A stretch of DNA of 64,000 nt from Cenarchaeum sp. (GCA_965242695.1 CBDESU010000002.1:1312001-1376000); one strand, 5' to 3'. Positions 48,386-58,042 are shown, numbered from the stretch's first letter. The notes: generated by a model not told the origin, from the letters alone. Translations and numbers: made by a program.

Positions 48386-50149
48386 ATGTTTGAGAGCCTC
48401 CGCTCGGCATTCTCAAACGTCGCCAAGAGCCTGGGCGAAAAGGAGCTGGCCGAAAAGGACATCGACGGCGCCCTCGTCGAGCTCGAGATGTCGCTGCTAG
48501 AGTCCGACGTGGCCGTCGAGGTCATCGACGCGGTCAAGGCCGACCTGAAGGGGAGGCTGGTCGGGGCCAGCATAGGGCGCAAGCAGGTGTCCGAGTTCGT
48601 CTCGGCCAGCCTCTCGGGCCTAGTGTCTTCCATGTTCGACGAGGCCGGCGAGGTCGACCTGCTAGGCCTGGTCGCAGCCAAGAAGGAGTCGGGGGCCGCC
48701 GACCCGTACGTGGTCGTCTTCGTAGGGATCAACGGGACGGGCAAGACGACCAGCCTGGCAAAGATCGCGCACATGCTGCAGCGGGCAAAGTTTTCCGTGG
48801 CAATCGCGGCGGCCGACACGTTCCGCGCCGGGGCCATCGAGCAGCTGCGCGAGCATGCGAACCGCCTGAACCTGAAGCTGATCGCGCAAAAGTACGGCGC
48901 CGACCCGGCCGCCGTCGCCCGCGACGCCGTCCTCTACGCGCGCTCGCACAAGGTCGACTGCGTCCTGGTCGACACGGCGGGCCGGATGCAGACTAGCAGC
49001 AACCTGATGGCGCAGATTGGCAAGATCACGAGCGTGGTAAAGCCCGACCTGCGGATATTCGTAGGCGACTCGCTTGCGGGAAACGACACGGTCAGCCAGG
49101 CGCGCGAGTTCTACGAGCACGTAAAGTTCAACGGCTCGATCCTGACAAAGAGCGACGCCGACGCGCGCGGCGGCGCGGCCCTGTCAGTGGTAAAGATCAC
49201 GTCGACGCCGGTCATGTACCTCGGCGTCGGGCAAGAGTACGGCGATCTTGCGCCCTTTAGCAAGGAGGCGTTCCTAGAGACCGTGTTCGACGAGGGCGGG
49301 CCGATCGGCGGCGAGATGGGGGACAAGGTATCCGAGGTGCTCGCAAAGACGCCGGCCTCTGCCCCTGCCGAGCCCGCCCCGGCCGCCCCCGAGCCCGAGC
49401 CCGCCTCTGCCCAGGCCGAGCCCGCCCAGGCCGAGCCCGCCCAGGCCGAGCCCGCCCAGGCCGAGCCCGCCCAGGCCGAGCCCGCCCAGGCCGAGCCCGC
49501 CCAGGCCGAGCCCGCACCGGCCGCCCCCGAGCCCGAGCCCGCACCGGCCGAGCCCGCACCGACAGCCCCCGAGCCCGAGCCCGCCTCTGCCCCGGCCGAG
49601 CCCGCACCGGCCGCCCCCGAGCCCGAGCCCGCACCGGCCGAGCCCGCACCGACAGCCCCCGAGCCCGAGCCCGCACCGGCCGAGCCCGCACCGACAGCCC
49701 CCGAGCCCGATCCCGCCTCTGCCCCGGCCGAGCCCGCCCCGGCCGAGCCCGCCCCGGCCGAGCCCGCCCCGGCCGAGCCCGCGCCGGCCGCCCCCGAGCC
49801 CGAGCCCGCGCCGGCCGAGCCCGCGCCGGCCGAGCCCGCGCCGGCTCCGGCCGCCCCCGAGCCCGAGACCGCCCCGGCCGCCCCCGCGCGCAAAGATCCG
49901 TTTGAGGGAATAGCGACGGACGACATCAACCAGTACGCAGATATCCACAATGCCTCCCACCCAGAAAACGACGATCAAGCGATGCGAATGGCGGCACAGA
50001 TCAAGAGGTGGGTGGAACAGGGGCGCCCTGATCCGAAACATCTTCGTGAGCCGGCCGAGCCCGAGCCGGCCGAGCCCGAGCCGGCCGAGCCCGAGCCGGC
50101 CGAAGCCAAAAAGAAAAAGCGGTCATTCTTTGGGAGGTTCAGAAAATGA
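48386..50149 (+). CDS. ftsY: SRP receptor FtsY with long C-terminal Pro/Ala/Glu repeat extension
   Basis: GINGTGKTT, DTFRAGA, DTAGR, TKSD, GGAALS, GVGQ. Confidence 0.96.
   Translation: MFESLRSAFSNVAKSLGEKELAEKDIDGALVELEMSLLESDVAVEVIDAVKADLKGRLVGASIGRKQVSEFVSASLSGLVSSMFDEAGEVDLLGLVAAKKESGAADPYVVVFVGINGTGKTTSLAKIAHMLQRAKFSVAIAAADTFRAGAIEQLREHANRLNLKLIAQKYGADPAAVARDAVLYARSHKVDCVLVDTAGRMQTSSNLMAQIGKITSVVKPDLRIFVGDSLAGNDTVSQAREFYEHVKFNGSILTKSDADARGGAALSVVKITSTPVMYLGVGQEYGDLAPFSKEAFLETVFDEGGPIGGEMGDKVSEVLAKTPASAPAEPAPAAPEPEPASAQAEPAQAEPAQAEPAQAEPAQAEPAQAEPAQAEPAPAAPEPEPAPAEPAPTAPEPEPASAPAEPAPAAPEPEPAPAEPAPTAPEPEPAPAEPAPTAPEPDPASAPAEPAPAEPAPAEPAPAEPAPAAPEPEPAPAEPAPAEPAPAPAAPEPETAPAAPARKDPFEGIATDDINQYADIHNASHPENDDQAMRMAAQIKRWVEQGRPDPKHLREPAEPEPAEPEPAEPEPAEAKKKKRSFFGRFRK
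49350..49890 (+). repeat. Low-complexity AEP/APEPEP tandem array including 7 exact 15-bp units (AQAEP, 49409-49513)
   Basis: gcccaggccgagccc x7 plus variant units; further EPAEP x3 near 50048-50104. Confidence 0.92.
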
Positions 50150-51099
50150 ATCTGCGGACGAGGGACTTTCTCACGTTCGCCGAGATAGACGGCGGAGAGA
50201 CGGGCCGCCTGCTCGACCTTGCGGGGCGCCTCAAGCGGCGCCTGGCCGCCAGCCGCTCGCGAGGCGCGGAACTTGCCGGCGCCACAATGGCCATGATATT
50301 CCAAAAGCCGTCGACGCGCACGCGCGTCAGCTTTGAGACGGGCATGTTCCAGCTCGGCGGGCACGCCGTCAACCTCTCCGCCTCCGACACGCAGCTGTCC
50401 CGAGGCGAGACGATCGCCGACACCGCGGCGACCCTCTCGAGGTACGCCGACGTGATCATGGCTAGGGTATTCGAGCACTCCGACCTAGAGGCGCTCGCGG
50501 CCCACTCGGACGTGCCTGTCGTGAACGGCCTGTCCGACATGTTCCACCCGTGCCAGACCCTTGCCGACCTGCTGACGATCCGCGAGCAGAAGGGCCGCCT
50601 TCGGGGGCTCAAGGTGTGCTGGATCGGCGACGGCAACAACGTCTGCAACTCGCTCATATACGGTTGCGCCCGCGCTGGCATGGACGTGTCGGTGGCCACG
50701 CCGAGGCGGTTCCGCCCCCTGCCCGGCGTAGTCGACGAGGCGCTCGACTCGATCTCCGTCGAGCAGACTGCTAGCCCGCCGCGCGCGGCGGCCGGCGCCG
50801 ACGTCGTCATGACGGACACCCACTCGTCCATACACGACGACCCGAGCAAGGGCAGGCTGTTCGGGCCAAAGTACACCGTCGACGATCGCCTCATGTCCGG
50901 GGCCGCGGCCGATGCCATCTTCATGCACTGCCTGCCGGCCAAGCGCGGGCGCGAGGTCGCATCGTCCGTCATTGACGGGCCGCAGTCGGCCGTCTGGGAC
51001 CAGGCCGAGAACCGCCTGCATGCGCAAAAGGCGCTGCTCGTCGCGCTGCTCGGTAGCGGCGGCCGTCGCCGCCGCACCGGCCGCGGCCGCCGAGCCTAG
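50146..51099 (+). CDS. argF: Ornithine carbamoyltransferase
   Basis: STRTRVSFE, HPCQTLAD, GDGNNV, FMHCLP, QAENRLH. Confidence 0.95.
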   Translation: MNLRTRDFLTFAEIDGGETGRLLDLAGRLKRRLAASRSRGAELAGATMAMIFQKPSTRTRVSFETGMFQLGGHAVNLSASDTQLSRGETIADTAATLSRYADVIMARVFEHSDLEALAAHSDVPVVNGLSDMFHPCQTLADLLTIREQKGRLRGLKVCWIGDGNNVCNSLIYGCARAGMDVSVATPRRFRPLPGVVDEALDSISVEQTASPPRAAAGADVVMTDTHSSIHDDPSKGRLFGPKYTVDDRLMSGAAADAIFMHCLPAKRGREVASSVIDGPQSAVWDQAENRLHAQKALLVALLGSGGRRRRTGRGRRA

Positions 51100-51377
51100 C
51101 CCTGCTGCCTCCTGCAGGGCCGCGGCCGCGCGATCTAGGCCCCCTGGCCGCCCTGCCGGCCTATCCCCGCACTCGCCTCGCTGCAGGCCCTCCGATGCGG
51201 CCCTCAATCGCGGTGGCATGGCCGCCCGTACCGTACCCGCTACTTGCGGCATGCCTGCGGCCGCCTGCCGCGCCGATTTCGCGACCGCCTTGCCAGGCCT
51301 CGCCTGCCTGCTCCTGCCGCCGCATGCGCCTGCAAGCCGCCCGTCGGGGCATCAGATCGCGAACATGCCAAATTACG

Positions 51378-51384
51378 TTTATAA
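51378..51384 (+). promoter_or_regulatory. TATA box of the uL18-to-cbf5 operon
   Basis: TTTATAA ~33 bp upstream of the rpl18 ATG. Confidence 0.6.
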
Positions 51385-51416
51385 GAGCACGGCCGTCCCC
51401 GCGCGCCGGACAGCCA

Positions 51417-51899
51417 ATGGCGTACTCGAGGATCCTGCGCAGGCTGCGCGAGAAAAAGACCAACTACAACAAGCGTGGCCGCATGCTCATGGGGCGCAGG
51501 GACTTTGTGACGGTGCAGATCACCAACGAGAATACCCAGGTGCAGGTCCACAAGCCCGAGATGGCCGGCGACAGGGTCGTCGCATCCGCCCACTCGCGCT
51601 ACCTGCCCACGAAGGGCTGGAAGGGCTCGCGCAAGAGCGTGCCGGCGTCGTACCTGATCGGCTACCTTGCCGGCAAGAAGGCCGTCAAGAACGGCTCGAC
51701 GAGCGCCATACTGTACACGGGGACCAGGCGCTACACGGAGCGCATGTCGGCTGCCCTCAAGGGCGTCATTGACGCGGGCCTGGACGTGCCGGCCGGCCCC
51801 GACTCGTTTCCCGACGAGGGGCGCATCAACGGCGATCACTTGAAGGTCAAGAACGATGTGCAGGCGATAAAGTCGGCAATAGACGGTGAAGTCAATTGA
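51417..51899 (+). CDS. rpl18: 50S ribosomal protein uL18
   Basis: RRLREKKTNY.KR, GDRVVASAHS, ASYLIG, DAGLDVP. Confidence 0.95.
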   Translation: MAYSRILRRLREKKTNYNKRGRMLMGRRDFVTVQITNENTQVQVHKPEMAGDRVVASAHSRYLPTKGWKGSRKSVPASYLIGYLAGKKAVKNGSTSAILYTGTRRYTERMSAALKGVIDAGLDVPAGPDSFPDEGRINGDHLKVKNDVQAIKSAIDGEVN

Positions 51900-52657
51900 G
51901 CTACGGCCAGGGCCCGAGGGGGGGCGGCCCCGGCAGGGGTCCCGGCGGGCCGGGCGGGCCGGGCAGGGGTCCCGGCGGGCCGGGCAGGGGTCCCGGCGGG
52001 CCGGGCAGGGGCGGCCCGGGCAGGGGGCCGGGAGGCGACAGGCCGCGCCGCAGGCGCGAGCGCGACGAAAAGCCGTGGGTTCCAAAGACGTCGCTCGGCC
52101 GCGACGTCAGCTCGGGCAAGGTAAAGTCGCTCATCGAGATACTGGAGACGGGGCGGAGAATCAGCGAGGCCGGAATCATCAAAAAGCTCATACCCGACCT
52201 GAAGACCGAGGTCATCGACGTCGGGATCATCCAAAAGATGACGGCAAACGGGCAGTCTACCAGGTTCAAGGCGATAGTGGCGGCCGGCCACGAGGACGGC
52301 TACCTGGGCGTCGGACAGGGCAAGGCGCGCCAGATGAGGCTCGCCATTGAAAAGGCGACCAACCAGGCGCAGCTCAACGTCAGCCCGATCAAGCTCGGCT
52401 GCGGCAGCTGGGAGTGCAGGTGCGAGCAAAAGCACTCGGTCCCGTTCAAGGTGCGGGGCAAGGGCGGCAGCGTGGTGATCGAGATACTGCCGGCGCCGCG
52501 CGGCCTGGGCCTGGTGGCCGGCGGCAAGATAAGGCGCCTCCTCGAGATGGCCGGCCTCAAGGACGCGTACACGACGGCCAAGGGCTCTACGCCGACGATG
52601 AGCTCTACCTCAAAGGCCGTGCTGGAGTGCCTGCGGCAGACGTTCAGCCAGGGTTGA
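51896..52657 (+). CDS. rps5: 30S ribosomal protein uS5 with GPGGPGR-repeat N-terminus
   Basis: WVPKTSLGR, GCGSWECRC, HSVPFKV.GKGGSV, PAPRGLGLVAG. Confidence 0.96.
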   Translation: MSYGQGPRGGGPGRGPGGPGGPGRGPGGPGRGPGGPGRGGPGRGPGGDRPRRRRERDEKPWVPKTSLGRDVSSGKVKSLIEILETGRRISEAGIIKKLIPDLKTEVIDVGIIQKMTANGQSTRFKAIVAAGHEDGYLGVGQGKARQMRLAIEKATNQAQLNVSPIKLGCGSWECRCEQKHSVPFKVRGKGGSVVIEILPAPRGLGLVAGGKIRRLLEMAGLKDAYTTAKGSTPTMSSTSKAVLECLRQTFSQG

Positions 52658-52662
52658 TTGGA

Positions 52663-53217
52663 ATGGATGGAAAGGAAACGGTCGATGGGAATGGAAGCGG
52701 CCCCAACGCCGCGGGCGGGGGCGAGGCCGGGGCGGGCAGAAATGCCGCCGCCGGCGCCTACCTGGTCGTCCGCATAAAGGGCCAGGCCGACGTGCCGCAC
52801 TGGGCGTCCACCACGCTGCGCCTGCTCCGCCTGGACAAAAAGTACCGGGCGACGATCGTGCCGGCGCGCGAGAACACGCTCGGCATGCTCAACAAGGTAA
52901 AGCACTACGTGTCCTGGCGCGAGGCCGACGCGGGAATCGCCCGCGAGCTCTTGGACAAGAGGGGCCGCGGGCCGGGCAGGGCGCCCCTGGACGAGGAGGG
53001 CCTGCGCGGGGCCGGATTCTCCGGGTCGGGCGACCTTGCCGAGGCGCTCGCCTCGGGCCGCACGTCGATGTCCTCGCACCCGTCCCTGCTAAAGCCGTGG
53101 TTTGCCCTCTCGCCGCCGCGGCACGGCTTTAGGCGCAGCACGAAGCGCATGTACGGGCAGCGCGGCATTCTCGGCCGCAACGAGGACCTCGGCGAGCTCG
53201 TGCGGAGGATGATCTAG
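52663..53217 (+). CDS. rpl30: 50S ribosomal protein uL30 (archaeal long form)
   Basis: YLVVRIKG, TLRLLRL, GMLNKVKHYVSW, LSPPRHGF. Confidence 0.93.
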   Translation: MDGKETVDGNGSGPNAAGGGEAGAGRNAAAGAYLVVRIKGQADVPHWASTTLRLLRLDKKYRATIVPARENTLGMLNKVKHYVSWREADAGIARELLDKRGRGPGRAPLDEEGLRGAGFSGSGDLAEALASGRTSMSSHPSLLKPWFALSPPRHGFRRSTKRMYGQRGILGRNEDLGELVRRMI

Positions 53218-53652
53218 ATGGCGACCCGGCTGCGCAAGACGCGCAGGCTGCGAGGCTCGCGCACGCACGGCTGGGGGCAGGTCGCGCAGCACCGCGCTAG
53301 CGGCCACAAGGGCGGCCTGGGCGTCTCGGGCCAGCTAAAGCACCACTTTAGCGGCATGCTCAAGAACGACCCCGACCACTTTGGCCACGACTCGACGCAC
53401 ACGCCTCGGGCGGTCGTCACGCGCAAGTGGGCGAGCGTGCGCGACCTGGACGACCTGTACGCGGCGATCGGCTCGGAGGGGCCCGGCGGAGAGAGGATCG
53501 TCGACCTCGGCGCGCACGGCTACGACAAGCTGCTCGGAGGGGGCGGCGTCTCGACGGCGTACACCGTACGCATTGCAAGGTTCACGGCACCCGCGGAGGC
53601 CAAGGTCAAGGAGGCGGGCGGCAGGATAACGGCGGCGGTGGCGGATGGCTGA
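53218..53652 (+). CDS. rpl15: 50S ribosomal protein uL15
   Basis: RGSRTHGWG...HRASG.KGG.G, GYDKLLGGG, KVKEAGG. Confidence 0.95.
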   Translation: MATRLRKTRRLRGSRTHGWGQVAQHRASGHKGGLGVSGQLKHHFSGMLKNDPDHFGHDSTHTPRAVVTRKWASVRDLDDLYAAIGSEGPGGERIVDLGAHGYDKLLGGGGVSTAYTVRIARFTAPAEAKVKEAGGRITAAVADG

Positions 53653-55081
53653 GGGCTCGGCCACCGCGTTCATACGCAAGATGGTAGTCGTCGCCGAGCC
53701 GTACCTCCCGCAGGTCCCAAAGCCCAAGAAGAAGCTGTCGCTGCAGACTCGCCTGCTGTGGTGCGGCCTGGCCCTGCTCATCTACATGGTGATGGCGCAG
53801 ACGCCGCTGTTCGGCGCGACCCTCCCAGAGTTCGACTTTCTGGCGTTCGCCCGCGTCATATTCGCATCCCAGCAGGGAACGCTCGTCGAGCTCGGGATCG
53901 GGCCCATCGTCACGGCCGGCCTGCTCATGCAGCTCCTCCGCGGCTCGGAGATTCTAAAGTTCGACTTCAAGAAGCCCGAGGAGCGCGGCGTGTTCCAGAC
54001 CGCGACAAAGATCGTCACGTACGTCGTCATCATCGCCGAGTCGTCCGTGTACGGCGTGGCCGTGTACGGGCCCAACGTGACCGACCCCGGCGTGCTGTAC
54101 ATACTGATCGGCCAGATGATGGCCGCGTCGGTGATCATCATGTTCCTCGACGAGCTCATACAGAAGGGGTGGGGCATCGGCAGCGGGATCAGCCTGTTCA
54201 TCATGGCCGGCGTCGCGCAGCAGATACTGTGGAGCCTGTTCAGCCCGATGCCGGCAGGCGACGGGTTCACCGTCGGCATATTCCCGTTCATCGGGCAGTG
54301 GCTAGCCGGCGGGGTCGGCCCGTTCACCGACGTGTTCTTCAGGTACAACCAGCTGCCGAGCATATTCGGGCTGCTGCTCACCGGCGGCGTGCTGCTCATA
54401 CTCGTCTACGTCCAGGGCATGAAGGTCGAGATACCCATAGTCTCGACAAAGTACCGCGGCTTCTCGGCGACGTACCCGATAAAGCTCATGTACGTCTCGA
54501 ACATCCCCGTCATCCTCGCCTCGGCCCTCACCGCAAACGCCATCTTCATCGGCCAGATGATGTGGTCCAACGTCAACCCCCGCAACGACCACATGTTCTT
54601 CAACCTGCTCGGCCAGTTCGACCCGCTCAACCCCGCCAACCCGATCGGAGGCCTCGTCTACTACATGACGCCGCCCCGCGGCCTCGACATCGTCGCGCTC
54701 GACCCCTTCCGCGCCGTCGGCTACGTCATATTCATGGTCGCCATCGTGGTCGTGTTCGGGCGCCTCTGGGTCGAGCTCGGCGGCCTCTCGCCAAAGAGCG
54801 CCGCCAAGAACCTGCTCGACGCCGACGTGCAGGTGCCCGGGTTTAGGCGGTCCAACCAGCCGATCGAGGCGCTGCTCAACCGCTACATCCCGTCCGTCAC
54901 GATACTCGGCTCGGTCATACTCGGCGTGCTCGCCGGCGTCTCGGACGTGCTCGGCGTGTTCGGCAGCGGGATCGGCATACTGCTCATGGTCGACATCCTC
55001 ATAAACTACTACAACCAGCTCGTGCGCGAGCAGGTCGAGGTGGTCATGCCGAGGCTGGGTGCTCTGCTTGGCAGAAAGTAG
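53645..55081 (+). CDS. secY: Preprotein translocase SecY/Sec61alpha
   Basis: GTLVELGIGPIVTAG, KGWGIGSGISLFI, YPIKLMYVSNIP, PGFRR, GSGIGILL. Confidence 0.97.
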   Translation: MAEGSATAFIRKMVVVAEPYLPQVPKPKKKLSLQTRLLWCGLALLIYMVMAQTPLFGATLPEFDFLAFARVIFASQQGTLVELGIGPIVTAGLLMQLLRGSEILKFDFKKPEERGVFQTATKIVTYVVIIAESSVYGVAVYGPNVTDPGVLYILIGQMMAASVIIMFLDELIQKGWGIGSGISLFIMAGVAQQILWSLFSPMPAGDGFTVGIFPFIGQWLAGGVGPFTDVFFRYNQLPSIFGLLLTGGVLLILVYVQGMKVEIPIVSTKYRGFSATYPIKLMYVSNIPVILASALTANAIFIGQMMWSNVNPRNDHMFFNLLGQFDPLNPANPIGGLVYYMTPPRGLDIVALDPFRAVGYVIFMVAIVVVFGRLWVELGGLSPKSAAKNLLDADVQVPGFRRSNQPIEALLNRYIPSVTILGSVILGVLAGVSDVLGVFGSGIGILLMVDILINYYNQLVREQVEVVMPRLGALLGRK

Positions 55082-55682
55082 CGGGGCCGGCGGAGGGGGC
55101 GGCGGCGCCGGCAGCCGCCGCATCGTCATCGCCGGCATACCCGGCGTCGGCAAGACGACGCTCGTCACGCGGGTAGTAGAGGTCCTGCGCGGGCGCGGCC
55201 GGACGGTCAGGGTCGTCAGCTTTGGCACCGCGATGCTAGAGGAGGCGCGCAAGAGGGGGATCGCCGACCGCGACATGCTGCGCAAGCTGCCGCTCGCCGA
55301 GCAGCGGGGGCTGCAGACGACGGCCGCGTCTGCCATCGCGTCCATGTCCGAGGAGTTTGTCATCGTCGACACGCACGCGTTCATCAAGACGCCGTCGGGG
55401 TACTATCCGGGCCTCCCCTCGCACGTCATCGAGGCGCTGAGCCCGTCGAACCTGATATCGGTCCACGCGCGGCCCGAGGACATCTACAACCGCCGCGTGA
55501 GCGACGAGACGCGCAACCGCGACCACGTCTCGATAGACGACATCAAGAACGAGCTTGCGTTCCACCAGTCGATGATCTCGGCGTGCTCGGTCATATCGGG
55601 ATCGCCCGTCCAGGCCGTCCTCAACTCGCACGGCGAGGTCGACGCGGCGGCCGAGACGGTCATACGGGCCGTGGGGCTCTAG
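55068..55682 (+). CDS. adkA: Archaeal adenylate kinase
   Basis: GIPGVGKTT, FGTAM, DRD.LRKL, DTHA.I.TP.GYYPGLP; TTG overlapping the secY end. Confidence 0.93.
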   Translation: MAESSGAGGGGGGAGSRRIVIAGIPGVGKTTLVTRVVEVLRGRGRTVRVVSFGTAMLEEARKRGIADRDMLRKLPLAEQRGLQTTAASAIASMSEEFVIVDTHAFIKTPSGYYPGLPSHVIEALSPSNLISVHARPEDIYNRRVSDETRNRDHVSIDDIKNELAFHQSMISACSVISGSPVQAVLNSHGEVDAAAETVIRAVGL

Positions 55683-55696
55683 GGGGTGCGCGGGGG

Positions 55697-56329
55697 TTGG
55701 CCGTAGAGCATATGGTGCTGCTCTTCATCGAGTCGCTGTTCCTCCAGGGCGACTTCTTCGGGCTCGGCGGCGAGGCCGGGGCCCTCGGCAGCGACGACCC
55801 GATGATCAAGGGGGTGGTCGCGACGCTGTTCGCGGTCGCCGGCCTCGGCGCCGTCCTCAACCTGTTCAACGCGGCCATACGCAAGAAGATGATCGACATG
55901 GTAAAGTACAAGCGCATCATGAAGGAGACGAGGGCGTTCCAGAAGGAGAGGATGGCCGCCATTCGGGCAAAGGACACGGCGAGGCAGGCCGAGCTGAACA
56001 AAAAGTCGTCGTACATGAACAAGATGAGCATGGAGATGATGCAGATGAACATGAGGCCGATGATGATCACGTTCGTCCCGCTCATACTCATATTCTACTT
56101 TGTGCTGCCGCAGCTGTTCGCGTACACGGTCGCGCTCTCGCCGATACCGCTCAACGTCATACCGGGCGACTTTTTCCAACTGACGTGCACGGCCGAGCAG
56201 GCGGCCGACCCCGAGCACGTCTGCCAGGCCGAGAACGCGCTGTACCTGTGGGCGTGGTACTTTTTGTCGTCGATCGCGTTCAGCGGCGTCATCATGAAGG
56301 TCACGAAGACGACGATGGACTTTTCGTGA
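55697..56329 (+). CDS. EMC3/TMCO1 family (DUF106, YidC-like) membrane insertase
   Basis: TM-coiled coil-MRPMMITFVP...WYFLSS; conserved position after adk; start 55697 or 55712. Confidence 0.88.
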   Translation: MAVEHMVLLFIESLFLQGDFFGLGGEAGALGSDDPMIKGVVATLFAVAGLGAVLNLFNAAIRKKMIDMVKYKRIMKETRAFQKERMAAIRAKDTARQAELNKKSSYMNKMSMEMMQMNMRPMMITFVPLILIFYFVLPQLFAYTVALSPIPLNVIPGDFFQLTCTAEQAADPEHVCQAENALYLWAWYFLSSIAFSGVIMKVTKTTMDFS

Positions 56330-56330
56330 G

Positions 56331-56930
56331 GTGTCTGGCGTGGCGGCGGCAGGGGCAGGCGGGCCGGCAAGGTCGGTAGTCGTGTCGGGCCCCCCTGCGG
56401 TCGGCAAGACGACAGTCGCGAGGGCCCTTGCCGGCGAGTTCGGCATGCGGTTCGCCGGCGGCGGCGACGCCCTCAAGGAGATCGCCCGCGAGGCGGGCCA
56501 CGAGCCGGGCGGCGACGACTGGTGGGACACGCCCGAGGGCATGGCGTTCCTCTCGCAGAGGGCCGCCGACGGCAGCTTTGACCGCCGCGTCGACGAGGAG
56601 CTGTCCAGGATGTTCGCCGGCGGCGGCATCGTCGTCACAAGCTATACGCTGCCGTGGATCGTCGAGCGCTCGGTCGGGGTGAGGGTGTGGCTCGACGCCT
56701 CTAGCGAGACGAGCGCGCGCCGCATGCAGGGGCGCGACGGGATCGGGGCCGGCGATGCGGCCGAGATATCGCGCCGCCGCTACGAGGAGAACGGCGCCCT
56801 GTACAGGAGGCTGTACGGGTTCGAGTTCGGGCGCGACGAGGGCGTATTCGACGTCATAATCGACACCGACGCGATGGACGCCGGGCAGGTCATACTAGAG
56901 GCCAAGCGGCGGGTCGGTGGGCTCCTCTGA
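56331..56930 (+). CDS. cmk: Cytidylate kinase (archaeal type)
   Basis: SGPPAVGKTT, FDRRVD, RY...Y..LYGF..FDVIIDT. Confidence 0.92.
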   Translation: MSGVAAAGAGGPARSVVVSGPPAVGKTTVARALAGEFGMRFAGGGDALKEIAREAGHEPGGDDWWDTPEGMAFLSQRAADGSFDRRVDEELSRMFAGGGIVVTSYTLPWIVERSVGVRVWLDASSETSARRMQGRDGIGAGDAAEISRRRYEENGALYRRLYGFEFGRDEGVFDVIIDTDAMDAGQVILEAKRRVGGLL

Positions 56931-58042
56931 CCGGCGGGACGGCGGCGGCGCCGGCGGCGGCGCTGCCCCAGCTCGAGGACATGCGCGTGCTCGACGAGGA
57001 TCGGACGGATCCCGCGCACGGCGTGCGGTACGATGCCAGGACAGTCGAGCAGCTCTTGGAGTACGGCATCATACTGCTCGACAAGCCGCCGGGCCCGACT
57101 AGCCACGAGGCCGTCGCCTGGGCAAAGAGGCTGCTCGGCGTGGAAAAGGCGGGGCACAGCGGCACGCTCGACCCACCCGTGTCCGGCGTGCTGCCCCTGG
57201 GCCTGGGCGAGGCGACAAAGGCCCTCGGCGTCCTGCTGCTCGGCGCCAAGGAGTACTGCGCGCTTGCACGATTCCACTCGCTGCCGTCCGGCGAGCGCCT
57301 GGAAGAGGTGGCAGCAATGTTCCGCGGCGAGATATACCAGAGGCCGCCGCAGCGCTCGTCGGTGCTGAGGCAGACGCGCACCCGGACGATACACGCGCTC
57401 GACATACTCGAGCGCCGCGAGAGGCTCGCGCTCATGCGCGTCTCGTGCGAGGCCGGCACGTACGTGCGCAAGCTCATCTACGACATGGGCGAGATGCTCG
57501 GCCCCGGCGCGTCGATGATCGAGCTGCGGCGCACGCGGGTGGGCCACTTTGGCGAGGACGACGGGCTAGTCACGATGCACGAGCTGGCCGAGGCGTGCGC
57601 CGTGTGGCGCGACGGCGGCGACCCGTCGCGGCTCATGCGCATAGTGCGGCCCGTCGAGGTGGCGCTCTCGGGGATAAAGGCCGTGGTCGTGCGCGACTCG
57701 GCCGTGAGCGCGCTGTGCCACGGCGCGCAGCTTGCCATACCCGGCATACTGCGCGTCTCGCACGGCCTCGACAAGGGCGAGATGGTCGGCGTGTACACGC
57801 AAAAGGGCGAGGCCGTCGCGCTGGCCGAGGCCACGATGGACGAGGACGGCATAACGGACAACGCAAAGGGCCACGCGTTCGAGACGCGGCGCATCATCAT
57901 GGCTCCCGATGCGTACCCCAAGGGGTGGCGGACGAAGAAGGACGCCGAGGCGGCTGCCGCCGCAAGGGCGGGAACTGGCGGCGGCGGGAAAGGCGGCGAC
58001 AGCGGGGAGCGGCCGCAGGATCCGCCGGCGGCGGCGCCTTGA
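56927..58042 (+). CDS. cbf5: H/ACA pseudouridine synthase Cbf5/TruB (probable CTG start at 56927; first ATG 56981)
   Basis: DKPPGPTSHE, GHSGTLDP, QRPP..S, CEAGTYVRK, ELRRTR, PUA domain, YPKGW. Confidence 0.95.
   Translation: MTGGTAAAPAAALPQLEDMRVLDEDRTDPAHGVRYDARTVEQLLEYGIILLDKPPGPTSHEAVAWAKRLLGVEKAGHSGTLDPPVSGVLPLGLGEATKALGVLLLGAKEYCALARFHSLPSGERLEEVAAMFRGEIYQRPPQRSSVLRQTRTRTIHALDILERRERLALMRVSCEAGTYVRKLIYDMGEMLGPGASMIELRRTRVGHFGEDDGLVTMHELAEACAVWRDGGDPSRLMRIVRPVEVALSGIKAVVVRDSAVSALCHGAQLAIPGILRVSHGLDKGEMVGVYTQKGEAVALAEATMDEDGITDNAKGHAFETRRIIMAPDAYPKGWRTKKDAEAAAAARAGTGGGGKGGDSGERPQDPPAAAP

Noticed and set aside
55697-58042. Missing rpl34e and rpl14e around cmk
   Set aside because: Their absence is a known feature of this phylum; used only as taxonomic support
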